A stretch of DNA of 64,000 nucleotides from Candidatus Cloacimonadales bacterium. GTDB taxonomy: Bacteria; Cloacimonadota; Cloacimonadia; Cloacimonadales; JAFGVF01. Below the pieces are notes generated by a model. The model had not been told where the DNA came from and did not search any database. It saw only the letters and a list, made by a program, of their open reading frames with translations. The position numbers were made by a program, and so were the translations under genes. The stretch spans positions 96,001 to 160,000 of the forward strand of contig CAXXOU010000003.1 in the NCBI GenBank assembly GCA_963677495.2. Direction: 5' to 3'. Position 1 is the stretch's first letter. Every line of letters starts with the position of its first letter. Positions 14,109 to 24,274 of this stretch are shown here, piece by piece.

Positions 14109-14880
14109 TTATCCCCGGATAGATTAGGTTTGGGCAACCGGTTACTTGATTATTAGTCACTTCAAAATCCATATTGTAAGCTTCCTTAAGCTTAGTTGGA
14201 TTTATGATTGATTCAGGACTTCCATCTTCAATAATGTGTCCATCTTTTAATAACAGAATTCTATCACAGAAGTTCGCTGTCAGATTAATGTTATGAGACA
14301 CAAGTATAATCAGCTTACCAGTCTCTTTATGGATTTTATGTAGCAGTCTCATCAGTTCCACCTGATGATTTATATCAAGATGACTAAAAGTCTCATCCAA
14401 TAGCAGAATATCTGTTTTCTGCGCAATAGCTCTTGCTAAGAAAACACGCTGTCTCTCCCCCCCACTAAGCTCATTCAAATACCTGTCTTTCAACTCCGTC
14501 AGACCAAAAGTTTCAAGAATATCATTAACAACTTTGTGGTCATCTTTTGTATATCGTTGCAAAAGGTTCAAGTAGGGGAAACGGCCCATTAAAACTAACT
14601 CTTCAACTCTGAACTGAAACTGTTGGTATGATTCCTGTGGGATGAATGCAACCTTGGTTGCTAAATCTTTTCTGTTCCACTCATGAATACTTTTACCTTC
14701 AATAGTAACATCACCGGAAGTTGATGCAATAAATGCCATAATAGTCTTAAGCAATGTAGATTTTCCTGCACCATTCGGTCCTAGTAGTGCAACAAACTCA
14801 CCACTTTCAGCTTTAAACGAGATGTTGTGCAATATCTCATTGTTCCTGTAACCTGAGCTTAGATTAGTAACTTCAAGCAT
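14101..14880 (-). CDS. btuD: Cobalamin/Fe-complex ABC transporter ATPase (BtuD/FecE-like)
   Basis: Walker A GPNGAGKST, LSGGERQR, LLLDE, HLDINHQ. Confidence 0.85.
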   Translation of the reverse strand: MLEVTNLSSGYRNNEILHNISFKAESGEFVALLGPNGAGKSTLLKTIMAFIASTSGDVTIEGKSIHEWNRKDLATKVAFIPQESYQQFQFRVEELVLMGRFPYLNLLQRYTKDDHKVVNDILETFGLTELKDRYLNELSGGERQRVFLARAIAQKTDILLLDETFSHLDINHQVELMRLLHKIHKETGKLIILVSHNINLTANFCDRILLLKDGHIIEDGSPESIINPTKLKEAYNMDFEVTNNQVTGCPNLIYPGINE

Positions 14881-14913
14881 AAATCATCCTTTTTGTTCAT
14901 GAGTTGGGGATAT

Positions 14914-14952
14914 AAAAAAAGCCTTATCCCCGCGGATGACAACGGAGTAAGG
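14914..14952 (-). terminator. Riboswitch expression-platform terminator
   Basis: Minus strand ccttactccg..cggggataagg hairpin followed by T7, between the aptamer and btuD. Confidence 0.6.
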
Positions 14953-15017
14953 ACAAGAAATGGGTATAATTACCTGTTTCCGAGACTTCTTGCTCCGAAA
15001 AGTCATCTGAATATTTT

Positions 15018-15172
15018 GTATGGCAGGTTTCCTGACTCACAGCAGGTTCCTTGAATGCCTTCCCGATTTCTCAGTGACATTCAACCTTGCAGATTAAACT
15101 GCAGCTGCTTACAGTGGCGGAGACCGTTCCGGATTTTAACCGGATTCCCTTTTCTCTGATCACCATACTTAC
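15018..15172 (-). promoter_or_regulatory. Cobalamin (AdoCbl) riboswitch
   Basis: Minus strand reads GGTG..AAAAGGGAATCCGGTTAAAATCCGGAACGG..CGCCACTGTAA..CACTG..GGGAAGGC..AGTCAGGAAACCTGCC (B12 box); upstream of btuD/btuB. Confidence 0.92.
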
Positions 15173-15417
15173 CCATCTTTTATCTGAACTACTTTGTGTC
15201 AATCTATTCCTAGTTTGAATTAAATATGCAGCCGAAAATTGAGCTGCTTCTTGGAATTGGTTCCTTTAAAAATTGTAGAACAACTTCCCTGAACTCTTTT
15301 TCATTCAAAATCAAATTCTAAACTGATAGCTTTCAATCAAACTTTTCATGCATATTTTTCACTTTTGCATTTTGCCTTTTATATAAATTTATATAAATTC
15401 CAATTTGTGCTTTGAGT

Positions 15418-15573
15418 ATCCCTTCCAGTCCCGTGACTAAAGCAAGTTTTCCATAAATATTCAAGTTATCCACATGATGTGGATAAATCGAGGCCTTCCA
15501 CGAGAGGGTCACGAGAGGGTCACCTGTGGATTACCTTTGAAACACCTTTTTTAATCACGGGACTGGAAGGGAT
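15418..15573. repeat. 156-bp MITE-like element with perfect 19-bp terminal inverted repeats and an internal DnaA-box palindrome
   Basis: atcccttccagtcccgtga (15418-15436) / tcacgggactggaagggat (15555-15573); TTATCCACA-tga-TGTGGATAA at 15466-15486. Confidence 0.75.
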
Positions 15574-15915
15574 GAAGAAGGGCAAATTTTGTGGCAGATT
15601 TGGAGGGAATCTGTTTTCTTGAGTTTATCTGATACTGTAGCTTGCAACAGTGGAGAAAGATAGACAATAGAACTGAAAATTTGAGTGACATTGACATGAA
15701 TGGTATTGATACTTATGTTTTCAGAGTGAATTCATGCTGACAATAGCTTCCTAGAGCCAAAAACTTATAATTAGTAAGAGCCCAGCTTAAGCAACCCCAT
15801 CAATATTTATAACTATCAATGAAAATAGTACTTTACAAAACTTTTGCATTCAATATTACTTGCCCGTTAAGCTGATTGATTAGAGGAAGATATCACTTAA
15901 TTAGGAAGGAAAGAG

Positions 15916-16989
15916 ATGCATTTACACGTAACCACTACTACGGAGTGGAATATATATCAAGAGCAGTTACTACTCTTATTATCTGCTATGAAGGAAGAGA
16001 ATCAGGAGTTTGTTTTATATGCTACTCCCGGTGCAGAGATAGTAAAAAGAGCAGTGAGCGTAGGCATTGTATGCCGAGAGCTAAAAACGTTCAGTTTACT
16101 TAATATAACGAAATCCTTAAAACATACTCCAATAGATGTAATACATAGTCATGATTTTAGAGCATTGAAGCTTTGTATTGCCTTGAAAGGTGTGCTCAAA
16201 GCACCACTTGTCTATTCATATCGACCGGAACAGATTGCTGATAAGGGAATGATAAACAGGACTGTTCTAAGGAGTAAACGAGTCGATAGATTTATATGTA
16301 GCTGTTCTGAGGCTAAAACTGAGATGATTATTAAAGGTGTACCAGTCGATAAAATCAGCGTTCTTCGACCATTCATAAACGGAATGGAACAAAGTCAGGT
16401 TAACCCAAAACATATAATAAAGAACTCTTTACCTCCTCATAGCTTTCTAATCGGAACCGTTGCACCATTAGAAGATGGGAGTGACTTAACAACAATAATT
16501 CGAGCCGCAGAGATCGTACTAAAGAATAAACGAGATTTACTTTTTATGATTGTTGGACAAGGTAAGCAGATGAAAGAACTCAACCAAGCCTTGTTTAATC
16601 GCAAAGTACGTGAGAGATTTATTTTAGAGACCGGGAATGTAAACTATTATGAATATATCACAGCAATGGATCTGTTTATATCATCCGGTAAAGTGGTTTC
16701 ACCAACATTTAGGTTAGTTGATGCTTTTAAGTCAAAGGTTGCTTGTATTGCTACAGCTGTAGGTATTGCCCCGGGATTGATTACAAATCGTAAGAATGGT
16801 GTTCTAATCCCTAAGAAGGACCATCATGCTATGAGTCAAGCGATAGAGCTACTCATAAATGATTATGAGCTCAGAAATGAACTTGCCGAAGCGGGATATA
16901 AATATATTGAAGATTTGCAAGAAACACCACTTTTTGTACGATATACTGAATTATACAATCTCACATTAGAAACGTACAGTGCTGATTAA
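15916..16989 (+). CDS. Glycosyltransferase family 4 (GT-B)
   Basis: DVIHSH, IGTVAPL, IVGQG, DLFISS, NGVLIP; the usual E-x7-E motif is degenerate. Confidence 0.75.
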   Translation: MHLHVTTTTEWNIYQEQLLLLLSAMKEENQEFVLYATPGAEIVKRAVSVGIVCRELKTFSLLNITKSLKHTPIDVIHSHDFRALKLCIALKGVLKAPLVYSYRPEQIADKGMINRTVLRSKRVDRFICSCSEAKTEMIIKGVPVDKISVLRPFINGMEQSQVNPKHIIKNSLPPHSFLIGTVAPLEDGSDLTTIIRAAEIVLKNKRDLLFMIVGQGKQMKELNQALFNRKVRERFILETGNVNYYEYITAMDLFISSGKVVSPTFRLVDAFKSKVACIATAVGIAPGLITNRKNGVLIPKKDHHAMSQAIELLINDYELRNELAEAGYKYIEDLQETPLFVRYTELYNLTLETYSAD

Positions 16990-17009
16990 TAGTACAGCAG
17001 AAAGACTAT

Positions 17010-17921
17010 TTATACTTTTGCTTTAGTAGTTTTTTCTCTACTAAGCAGGTAGCTGGCAAGCATAATCAAGACACCACCAAGAATTAGCGAACCGTTAATT
17101 TTTAAACCTAAGAACAATACTTCATTTACTGTTGTAAAGAACACTGCTAATGCAAAAATCACAGATGACGTGTTCACAGGCAGATATGCTAGTGCGTAGT
17201 TCCAAAATAGATATGCAACACCTGATTGGAAGATTCCCATTTCAAGTAACCATAACCATTCGAGTGATGTATTAGGTTTCTCCCCTGTATGCAAGAAAAT
17301 GATTGGAGTCATCAACACTGAAGAGACTAAGAAGATGCAGAAAAGCAATTGGATTATGCTTAGTGGGGATGATTTGTACTGACTCATCAGGGTTGCAGAG
17401 AAGAACACATAGCAGCCGAAGGTAACACCTGTAAGTACTCCTAATAGTATTCCTAAGCCGTAGGTATCTCCAAGCTCAGGGAAACTACCCTTACCCATCA
17501 TAATCACATATAGTCCTGAGAGCGAAATAATGAGGGATATAAGCTGAACTTTAGTTGGTTTAATCTTTAGTATCAAGAATGAGAGAATAAACACGAAAAC
17601 AGGTGATAAATTCTCTAGAATCATTACAAGGGTTCCATGCAGATAAACAAGACTCACATGATATAGAGCAGAGTTAAGGCAGATACCAATCAAAGCAACA
17701 AGTGTAATATGCTTCCAATGCTTCTTGAGTATAGTAAAATTAAGTGCTTTATTTGCTGCTAAGAAACCGAAGAGTACAGCAGTACCAATCCAAAGACGGG
17801 TAGCAAACACGAAATATGGGTCTACCCCATTAACTGATAACCAGCGTCCGGCAGGACCGTGAATACCCCAAGAGAACAGGGCAATAACTGCAAATATGAA
17901 ACCTTTAGTTTTATCTGACAT
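17010..17921 (-). CDS. DMT/EamA family transporter
   Basis: 10 TM helices, two EamA halves, AYLFWNYAL. Confidence 0.85.
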   Translation of the reverse strand: MSDKTKGFIFAVIALFSWGIHGPAGRWLSVNGVDPYFVFATRLWIGTAVLFGFLAANKALNFTILKKHWKHITLVALIGICLNSALYHVSLVYLHGTLVMILENLSPVFVFILSFLILKIKPTKVQLISLIISLSGLYVIMMGKGSFPELGDTYGLGILLGVLTGVTFGCYVFFSATLMSQYKSSPLSIIQLLFCIFLVSSVLMTPIIFLHTGEKPNTSLEWLWLLEMGIFQSGVAYLFWNYALAYLPVNTSSVIFALAVFFTTVNEVLFLGLKINGSLILGGVLIMLASYLLSREKTTKAKV

Positions 17922-18103
17922 TCTTCAACTCACTCCAAACATTTAATATGAGCCTATCTTTCAGAGTGGGTTTTCTTTACAAGTTATTTTTGTGGGTGGG
18001 TATAATAAGATAAAATGTATTATTCCTTGACTAACCAGAATTTTGAATTTATCAATGGGTCAATGCTAAGTATGTTCAACTAAAACCCCTTCAGGAGGTA
18101 TAT

Positions 18104-21100
18104 ATGAAAGCTGTTGTAGTTTGTTGTTTCCTCTTAGTCTGGATATCGCTTGTTTCTGTCCCTTTTGGTGGATTAGGTACAAGCACTGACCCATACATAA
18201 TCACTTCAATTACAGACTTGCAATGGGTTTCGGATAATCAAGCATACTGGAATTCTTATTATATTCAAGCAAATGATATAGATGCAGCTATAACATCAAC
18301 TTGGGATGGTGGAAATGGATTCTTACCAATTGGATATATTGATAATGAGACTACTGATGAGTATCCTTTTACAGGAAATTATGATGGTCAAAATCATGTT
18401 ATAGATGGACTATTTATTAATAGAAGATATACTGAATCCGGTTTGTTTGGTGTTGTAGATGGCTGTACAATCACAAACTTAGGTTTGACAAATGTCGATA
18501 TTGTGGGTGGATACTATACCGGTGCTATTGTTGGACATGGAGCTTCTGTTAACATGTCTCAATGTTATAGTACTGGAGCTATCAATGCCAGGAGTAGAAC
18601 CGGTGGGCTTATTGGAACATGCTACAGTTCCAATATTTCAAACTGTTATACGACAGTTGAAGTTACATGTACAGGCTACACAGCAGGAGGTTTTATTGGT
18701 CGATGTGCTTCCACAACAATCAATAAATGTTACAGTACAGGATCTGTCACTGCTGTTAGTGATGATTATGGTTTTATAGGTTACCAGTATGGTAACAGTA
18801 TAACAAATTGTTTTTGGGATACAGAAACTTCAGGACAATCAACTACATCAGGAAATGCTGTTGGTAAAACAACTGCTGAGATGCAAGCTATTGCGACATA
18901 CACTGATGTTTCAACTGCTGGTTTGAATAGTGCTTGGGATTTTTATAACAATCCAAATGATGATGGTGCAAACGCTGATTATTGGATAATTGATACTGAT
19001 TACCCTTTATTAATATGGCAGCAAAAAACTCCGATAGTTTTAACTACTGACATAAACTCCATCACTCCATTTACAGCTACAGGTTATGGCTCGATTTACT
19101 ATTCAGGGTGGGATGATTCTGTTATAAATTATGGAATGTGTTGGAGTTTACAGGCAAACCCATCTGTTGCAGATTTTAATAGTACAGTTAATGGTAGCAC
19201 AACAGATTTCTGTATTGACATAACAAACCTATCCCCTTCAACAACATATTATTGCAAAGCTTTTGCAGCAAATGGAGAAGGGGTTGCTTATGGAGAAGTT
19301 GTTGAAGTAACAACAAAGGCAGTTCCAACATTTAACGGAAGTGGAACAGATATTGATCCCTATCAGATCAGCACGATTGAAGATCTACTTTGGATAAGTG
19401 AAAATCCCTTCTACTATGACAGATATTATATACAAACCAATGATATTGACGCTACTATTACTTCCACTTGGTATAACGGAGATGGATTTCCTCCAATCGG
19501 TTATGAAGACACAGTGCTTTCCACAATATTCTCTTTTACGGGGAACTATAATGGAGACAAGTATAGCATTGATGGGTTGCATATAAATAGTAATGCTGAT
19601 GTAATTGGTCTGTTCGGTTACCTGGCTGGAGCAACTGTAACTAACCTTAGCCTTACAAATGTGAATATTGCAGGCAATAATATTGTTGGTGCATTGTTCG
19701 GTTATGCTTCAGCTTCAAGTATTTCAAAGTGCTCTAGTTCTGGAGTAGTATCATCAGGTACATGTGCTGGGGGACTGGGTGGGACAACAGAAAACTCTAA
19801 TATCTCCAACTGTTATACAGTCGCAAATGTAACAGTAAGTTCATCAATCGGTGGAGGATTATTAGGAGAAGCAGAAAATACAATAATAACTGATAGTTTT
19901 GCAGCAGGTACTGTTACTGGGACCGATATTGCAGGTATCGCGTATCAACAAGTTGCTAATACAATTACAAATACCTTTTGGGATACTGAGACATCAGGAA
20001 TCTCTGTTGCAGTTGGTGGGGAGACAGGTAAAACTACGAATCAAATGCAAGAAGTTTCTACATTCACTGATTTGAATACAATTGGATTATCTACACCCTG
20101 GGATTTTGTGAACAATCCATATGACGATACAAACAATAATGATGTTTGGATCATTAATAATAGTTATCCAATGTTTACTTGGCAACACCCGTTGCCTATA
20201 GTCTCCACAGGTAGTCATGAAAGCATTACTTATAATAGTGCGAATGTAGAAGGATTGCTTATCTATGACGGATATGAACCGGACCAATTTAGAAATGGTT
20301 TCTGTTACAGTACACATTCAAACCCTACTTTAAATGATTATTATTCCGATAACGATTCTCCTTTGGGAGTCTACCAACATACTCTCACAAACTTAGATTC
20401 TGAAACGACATACTATTATAGAGCTTATGCAAGAAACAGTAATGGAATTGTTTATGGAGAAGTAAGATCATTCACAACAGAAATCGAGATAATTCTTACG
20501 GGTTCAGGAACTCAAGCTTCTCCCTATCAAATAACCTCAATTGATGATTTGGCTTGGGTTGAAGCGCATGAAAGTTTTTGGGGATTTCATTACGTTCAGA
20601 TGAACGATATTGATGCATCAATAACTAGTAGTTGGAATAGTGGTGATGGATATATACCAATCGGATACATAGACGATGAGACAACTGATGAGTACCCTTT
20701 TACAGGAAGTTATGATGGTCAAAATCATGTTATAGATGGACTATTTATTAATAGAAGATATACTGAATCCGGTTTGTTTGGTGTTGTAGATGGCTGTACA
20801 ATCACAAACTTAGGTTTGACAAATGTCGATATTGTGGGTGGATACTATACCGGTGCTATTGTTGGACATGGAGCTTCTGTTAACATGTCTCAATGTTATA
20901 GTACTGGAGCTATCAATGCCAGGAGTAGAACCGGTGGGCTTATTGGAACATGCTACAGTTCCAATATCTCAAACTGTTATACGACAGTTGAAGTTACATG
21001 TACAGGCTACACAGCAGGAGGTTTTATTGGTCGATGTGCTTCCACAACAATCAATAAATGTTACAGTACAGGATCTGTCACTGCTGTTAGTGATGATTAT

Positions 21101-22747
21101 GGTTTTATAGGTTACCAGTATGGTAACAGTATAACAAATTGTTTTTGGGATACAGAAACTTCAGGACAATCAACTACATCAGGAAATGCTGTTGGTAAAA
21201 CAACTGCTGAGATGCAAGCTATTGCGACATACACTGATGTTTCAACTGTTGGTTTGAATAGTGCTTGGGATTTTGTCGATAATCCGAATGATGATACCGT
21301 TACTCAGGATATCTGGAATATGAACCTATTTACTAATAGTGGATATCCAATAATGAGTTGGCAAGAAGTACTGCCTAACCCGGATGAAACATCGTCTACT
21401 GATAATCTTTTTCCATATGACTTGGATGAAGACCTACCAAGACAGGTAACTCTAAGCTGGCAATACAAAGGGGATGTTATACCTGATGGATTCCGAGTAT
21501 TTGTTTCTGACGAACAAGTTGGAAACGTTATAAACTGGGTAGGAGATGAGATTTATAATTTAGCTTTACCTCAACTTAACTGGGGGGCAACAATAAATTG
21601 GAAAGTTGTACCTTTTAAGAGCAATACTGAGTGTCCTGATCCACAAGTATCAAGTTTTACAGTTATGAATGAACCTGCTGAAAATGAAATCGTTCCAGAG
21701 GAAGTTGTATTCTATCTTCTAGAGGATGTAAGTGGCACTAATCCACCACTGATCACTCTTCCACCAATTGACTTGGGGGAGGGTGATTTTACTCCATCAT
21801 TTAATATGCAGTTTGGGGTAGAACTCAGTAATGAATTTCTAGAGTTCATTGTTAGAGATCAACCTTTTGAAACTCTTCCTAACCCATCAGCATGTAGAGC
21901 AGAGTTTTACTTAGATATTCCTAATGATATATTAGCCACGATTGTGTTTAGATTCAGCGATACAGCAGCTGCATCTGAATTAGTCCACTGGAACGGTTCC
22001 GGATGGCAGGATATAACCGAAAGTTCAGGAGCTGACTTTTCTATTCCTGGACAAGTAACGTTTGATTGGACATCAACTGGAAGAGGAAAAGATTCTTTTG
22101 TTATAAACAGTGGTGAATCATCAACACTTCCTATTACTTTAACAAGCTTTTACGCAGTACAGATTGGAGAAAATAACTCTAGAATAATGTGGGAAGTTGC
22201 ATCTGAAGTTGATATTATTGGATATAATCTGCTACGGGTTGAAGGCTCAGGAGCCCAAAATGGTACTATTAGGGTTAATCCTTCTATTATTGAAGGTCAT
22301 TTGTCGGGTACCGGTTTTAACTACAGTTATTTAGATGAAAGTTTAAATAAAGGCCAGCTCTATACCTACTGGTTGGAATCAGTGTGTTTGGATGGTGCAG
22401 TCAACTTATATGGACCCTGTTCATTAACTATTTTAGATGAAGATGATGAGGATATTCCTGAAGAGTTATGTGTAACAGGTATGAAATCAATTTATCCAAA
22501 TCCTTTCAACCCATCAACCTGTATATCTTTCTCATTAGCTGAAGATGGAGATGTTGAACTTTCAGTGTATGACGTAAAAGGGCATCTTGTATCTCGGGTA
22601 GAAGAGCAAAGGTTTGAAGAGGGTGATCATGTTATAAACTGGTATGGTTTGAACAATGTTGGTAAGCGAGTAGCATCCGGAATATATCTCTTTAAGTTAA
22701 GAGTACAAAACGAAACTTTTGTCAGAAAAGCAATGATGATAAAGTAG
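18104..22747 (+). CDS. Large secreted protein: three GLUG/beta-helix modules, two Fn3-like domains, C-terminal FlgD-Ig/T9SS tail
   Basis: GSGT..DPY.I starts, PF.G.YDG, GLFG repeats, FWDTETSG; tail IYPNPFNP..ASGIYLFKL. Confidence 0.85.
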   Translation: MKAVVVCCFLLVWISLVSVPFGGLGTSTDPYIITSITDLQWVSDNQAYWNSYYIQANDIDAAITSTWDGGNGFLPIGYIDNETTDEYPFTGNYDGQNHVIDGLFINRRYTESGLFGVVDGCTITNLGLTNVDIVGGYYTGAIVGHGASVNMSQCYSTGAINARSRTGGLIGTCYSSNISNCYTTVEVTCTGYTAGGFIGRCASTTINKCYSTGSVTAVSDDYGFIGYQYGNSITNCFWDTETSGQSTTSGNAVGKTTAEMQAIATYTDVSTAGLNSAWDFYNNPNDDGANADYWIIDTDYPLLIWQQKTPIVLTTDINSITPFTATGYGSIYYSGWDDSVINYGMCWSLQANPSVADFNSTVNGSTTDFCIDITNLSPSTTYYCKAFAANGEGVAYGEVVEVTTKAVPTFNGSGTDIDPYQISTIEDLLWISENPFYYDRYYIQTNDIDATITSTWYNGDGFPPIGYEDTVLSTIFSFTGNYNGDKYSIDGLHINSNADVIGLFGYLAGATVTNLSLTNVNIAGNNIVGALFGYASASSISKCSSSGVVSSGTCAGGLGGTTENSNISNCYTVANVTVSSSIGGGLLGEAENTIITDSFAAGTVTGTDIAGIAYQQVANTITNTFWDTETSGISVAVGGETGKTTNQMQEVSTFTDLNTIGLSTPWDFVNNPYDDTNNNDVWIINNSYPMFTWQHPLPIVSTGSHESITYNSANVEGLLIYDGYEPDQFRNGFCYSTHSNPTLNDYYSDNDSPLGVYQHTLTNLDSETTYYYRAYARNSNGIVYGEVRSFTTEIEIILTGSGTQASPYQITSIDDLAWVEAHESFWGFHYVQMNDIDASITSSWNSGDGYIPIGYIDDETTDEYPFTGSYDGQNHVIDGLFINRRYTESGLFGVVDGCTITNLGLTNVDIVGGYYTGAIVGHGASVNMSQCYSTGAINARSRTGGLIGTCYSSNISNCYTTVEVTCTGYTAGGFIGRCASTTINKCYSTGSVTAVSDDYGFIGYQYGNSITNCFWDTETSGQSTTSGNAVGKTTAEMQAIATYTDVSTVGLNSAWDFVDNPNDDTVTQDIWNMNLFTNSGYPIMSWQEVLPNPDETSSTDNLFPYDLDEDLPRQVTLSWQYKGDVIPDGFRVFVSDEQVGNVINWVGDEIYNLALPQLNWGATINWKVVPFKSNTECPDPQVSSFTVMNEPAENEIVPEEVVFYLLEDVSGTNPPLITLPPIDLGEGDFTPSFNMQFGVELSNEFLEFIVRDQPFETLPNPSACRAEFYLDIPNDILATIVFRFSDTAAASELVHWNGSGWQDITESSGADFSIPGQVTFDWTSTGRGKDSFVINSGESSTLPITLTSFYAVQIGENNSRIMWEVASEVDIIGYNLLRVEGSGAQNGTIRVNPSIIEGHLSGTGFNYSYLDESLNKGQLYTYWLESVCLDGAVNLYGPCSLTILDEDDEDIPEELCVTGMKSIYPNPFNPSTCISFSLAEDGDVELSVYDVKGHLVSRVEEQRFEEGDHVINWYGLNNVGKRVASGIYLFKLRVQNETFVRKAMMIK
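18379..21274 (+). repeat. 565-bp intragenic direct repeat (18379-18943 and 20710-21274)
   Basis: Offset 2331 bp; only 2 differences found by eye. Confidence 0.95.
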
Positions 22748-22753
22748 TAGCAT

Positions 22754-22786
22754 AAAAAAGGCTGCATCCCTACGGATACAGCCTTT
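22754..22786. terminator. Bidirectional terminator ending the ribosomal operon and the GLUG gene
   Basis: aaaaaaggctgcatcc-ctac-ggatacagccttt. Confidence 0.75.
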
Positions 22787-22810
22787 AATATATTCAGGTT
22801 AACTAAGGGT

Positions 22811-23221
22811 TTATTCTTGAGTTAACTCTTCAGCTTTAATAGCATTATCGCCTGAAGTAGCAACTTCGCCTTCAACGAATTCGATGATAGACATTTCAGC
22901 GCAGTCACCTCTACGAGTACCGTTTTTATAGATACGGGTATAACCACCGTTTCTTTCGGTATAACGAGGCGCAATATCATCGAAAAGCTTTTTCACCAAA
23001 GCTCTGTCTTGCAGAACTTTGAAAGCCATTCTTCTGCTATGTACTGAATTCTTCTTACCATAAGTAACAAGACGTTCAACAAGAGATCTCATCTCTTTTG
23101 CACGAGCAGTAGTAGTATTGATTCTTTCATGGTCGATAATAGATTTAGCGAGATTGTGTAACATCGCTTTACGATGAGCAACTTCTCTACCAAATTTTCT
23201 TCCGGCTACACGATGTCTCAT
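22811..23221 (-). CDS. rplQ: 50S ribosomal protein L17
   Basis: MRHR..GRK, RNGGYTRI. Confidence 0.98.
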   Translation of the reverse strand: MRHRVAGRKFGREVAHRKAMLHNLAKSIIDHERINTTTARAKEMRSLVERLVTYGKKNSVHSRRMAFKVLQDRALVKKLFDDIAPRYTERNGGYTRIYKNGTRRGDCAEMSIIEFVEGEVATSGDNAIKAEELTQE

Positions 23222-23224
23222 TTT

Positions 23225-24244
23225 CTATACCTTCTTCTTTGTAATTACACGATTTTTTGCTTCTTCAATCTGTTGAAGCTTTTCATCGACATCCATACCG
23301 AGAGTAAGTTCGTACTTAACAAGCAGTTTAGAGATCTCATCAAGAGATTTCTTACCGAAGTTACGGTACTTGAGCATTTCAGCTTCAGTACGTCTTACGA
23401 GTTCTCCGATAGTATCGATTTTAGCAGCGGCTAAGCAGTTAGCAGAACGAACAGTAAGTTCGAGTTCTTTAACGCTCATATTGAGAAGTTTATCAAGACG
23501 TTCCAGTTCAGGATCCATCTGTACTTCTTCAATATACTCAGGTTCAACTTCGAAACGAGTCACTTTAGAATAAAGGTCTTTCAGAAGCTTAGCTGAGAGG
23601 AATAATGAATCACGTGGATCGATAGCACCATTAGTATGGACTTCCATAACCAGCTTATCAAAATTCATCTTTTCCTTAACACGCATGTGTTCAACACTGA
23701 AGTTAACTTTAGTGATAGGTGAATAGATGGAGTCAATCGGAATCACACCGATTGGTCTTTCTTCCATCTCCTGTTTGTCGGATGGTACATATCCTCTTCC
23801 GATTCCGACCCAGAGTTCCAGACGGAAGTCAACTTCCTCTGTAATCTCTAAGAGAACATGATCTTTGTTAAGAACTTCAAGTTCTGAAACTTCTTGGATA
23901 TCACCGGCAGTAACAACGCCGGGTCCTTTCTTTTCGAGAACCAAAGAAACTTCATTAATAGACTCAGTCTTAAAAACTAACTTCTTAAGACGAAGAATAA
24001 GATCAATGTAATCAGAATCAGTACCAGGAATTGGGGCGAATTCATGGAATAAGCCTTCAATCCTGACGAACCTTACTGCAGCGCCTTGAATAGAAGACAG
24101 AAGTACACGTCTCAGAGTGTTACCGATAGTAGTACCGTAACCAGGTTCAAGTGGTCCGATCTCAAACTTACCGTAAGTTGAGCTGTAGCTTTTCTTGTCA
24201 AATTCAACGCTCTCTGGCAGTTGAATGGGCTCAAGAAGCATCAT
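23225..24244 (-). CDS. rpoA: RNA polymerase alpha subunit
   Basis: PLEPGYGTTIGNTLRRVLLSS, RNFGKKSL. Confidence 0.98.
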   Translation of the reverse strand: MMLLEPIQLPESVEFDKKSYSSTYGKFEIGPLEPGYGTTIGNTLRRVLLSSIQGAAVRFVRIEGLFHEFAPIPGTDSDYIDLILRLKKLVFKTESINEVSLVLEKKGPGVVTAGDIQEVSELEVLNKDHVLLEITEEVDFRLELWVGIGRGYVPSDKQEMEERPIGVIPIDSIYSPITKVNFSVEHMRVKEKMNFDKLVMEVHTNGAIDPRDSLFLSAKLLKDLYSKVTRFEVEPEYIEEVQMDPELERLDKLLNMSVKELELTVRSANCLAAAKIDTIGELVRRTEAEMLKYRNFGKKSLDEISKLLVKYELTLGMDVDEKLQQIEEAKNRVITKKKV

Positions 24245-24274
24245 AATTAAATACTCCTTTTTGTTTAAAGTTCA

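Noticed and set aside
15466..15533. Chromosomal origin (oriC)
   Set aside because: Only 2-3 boxes, no dnaA/dnaN/gidA nearby, the boxes lie inside an inverted-repeat-bounded element, and the motif recurs at 38.5 kb. GC skew could not be computed.
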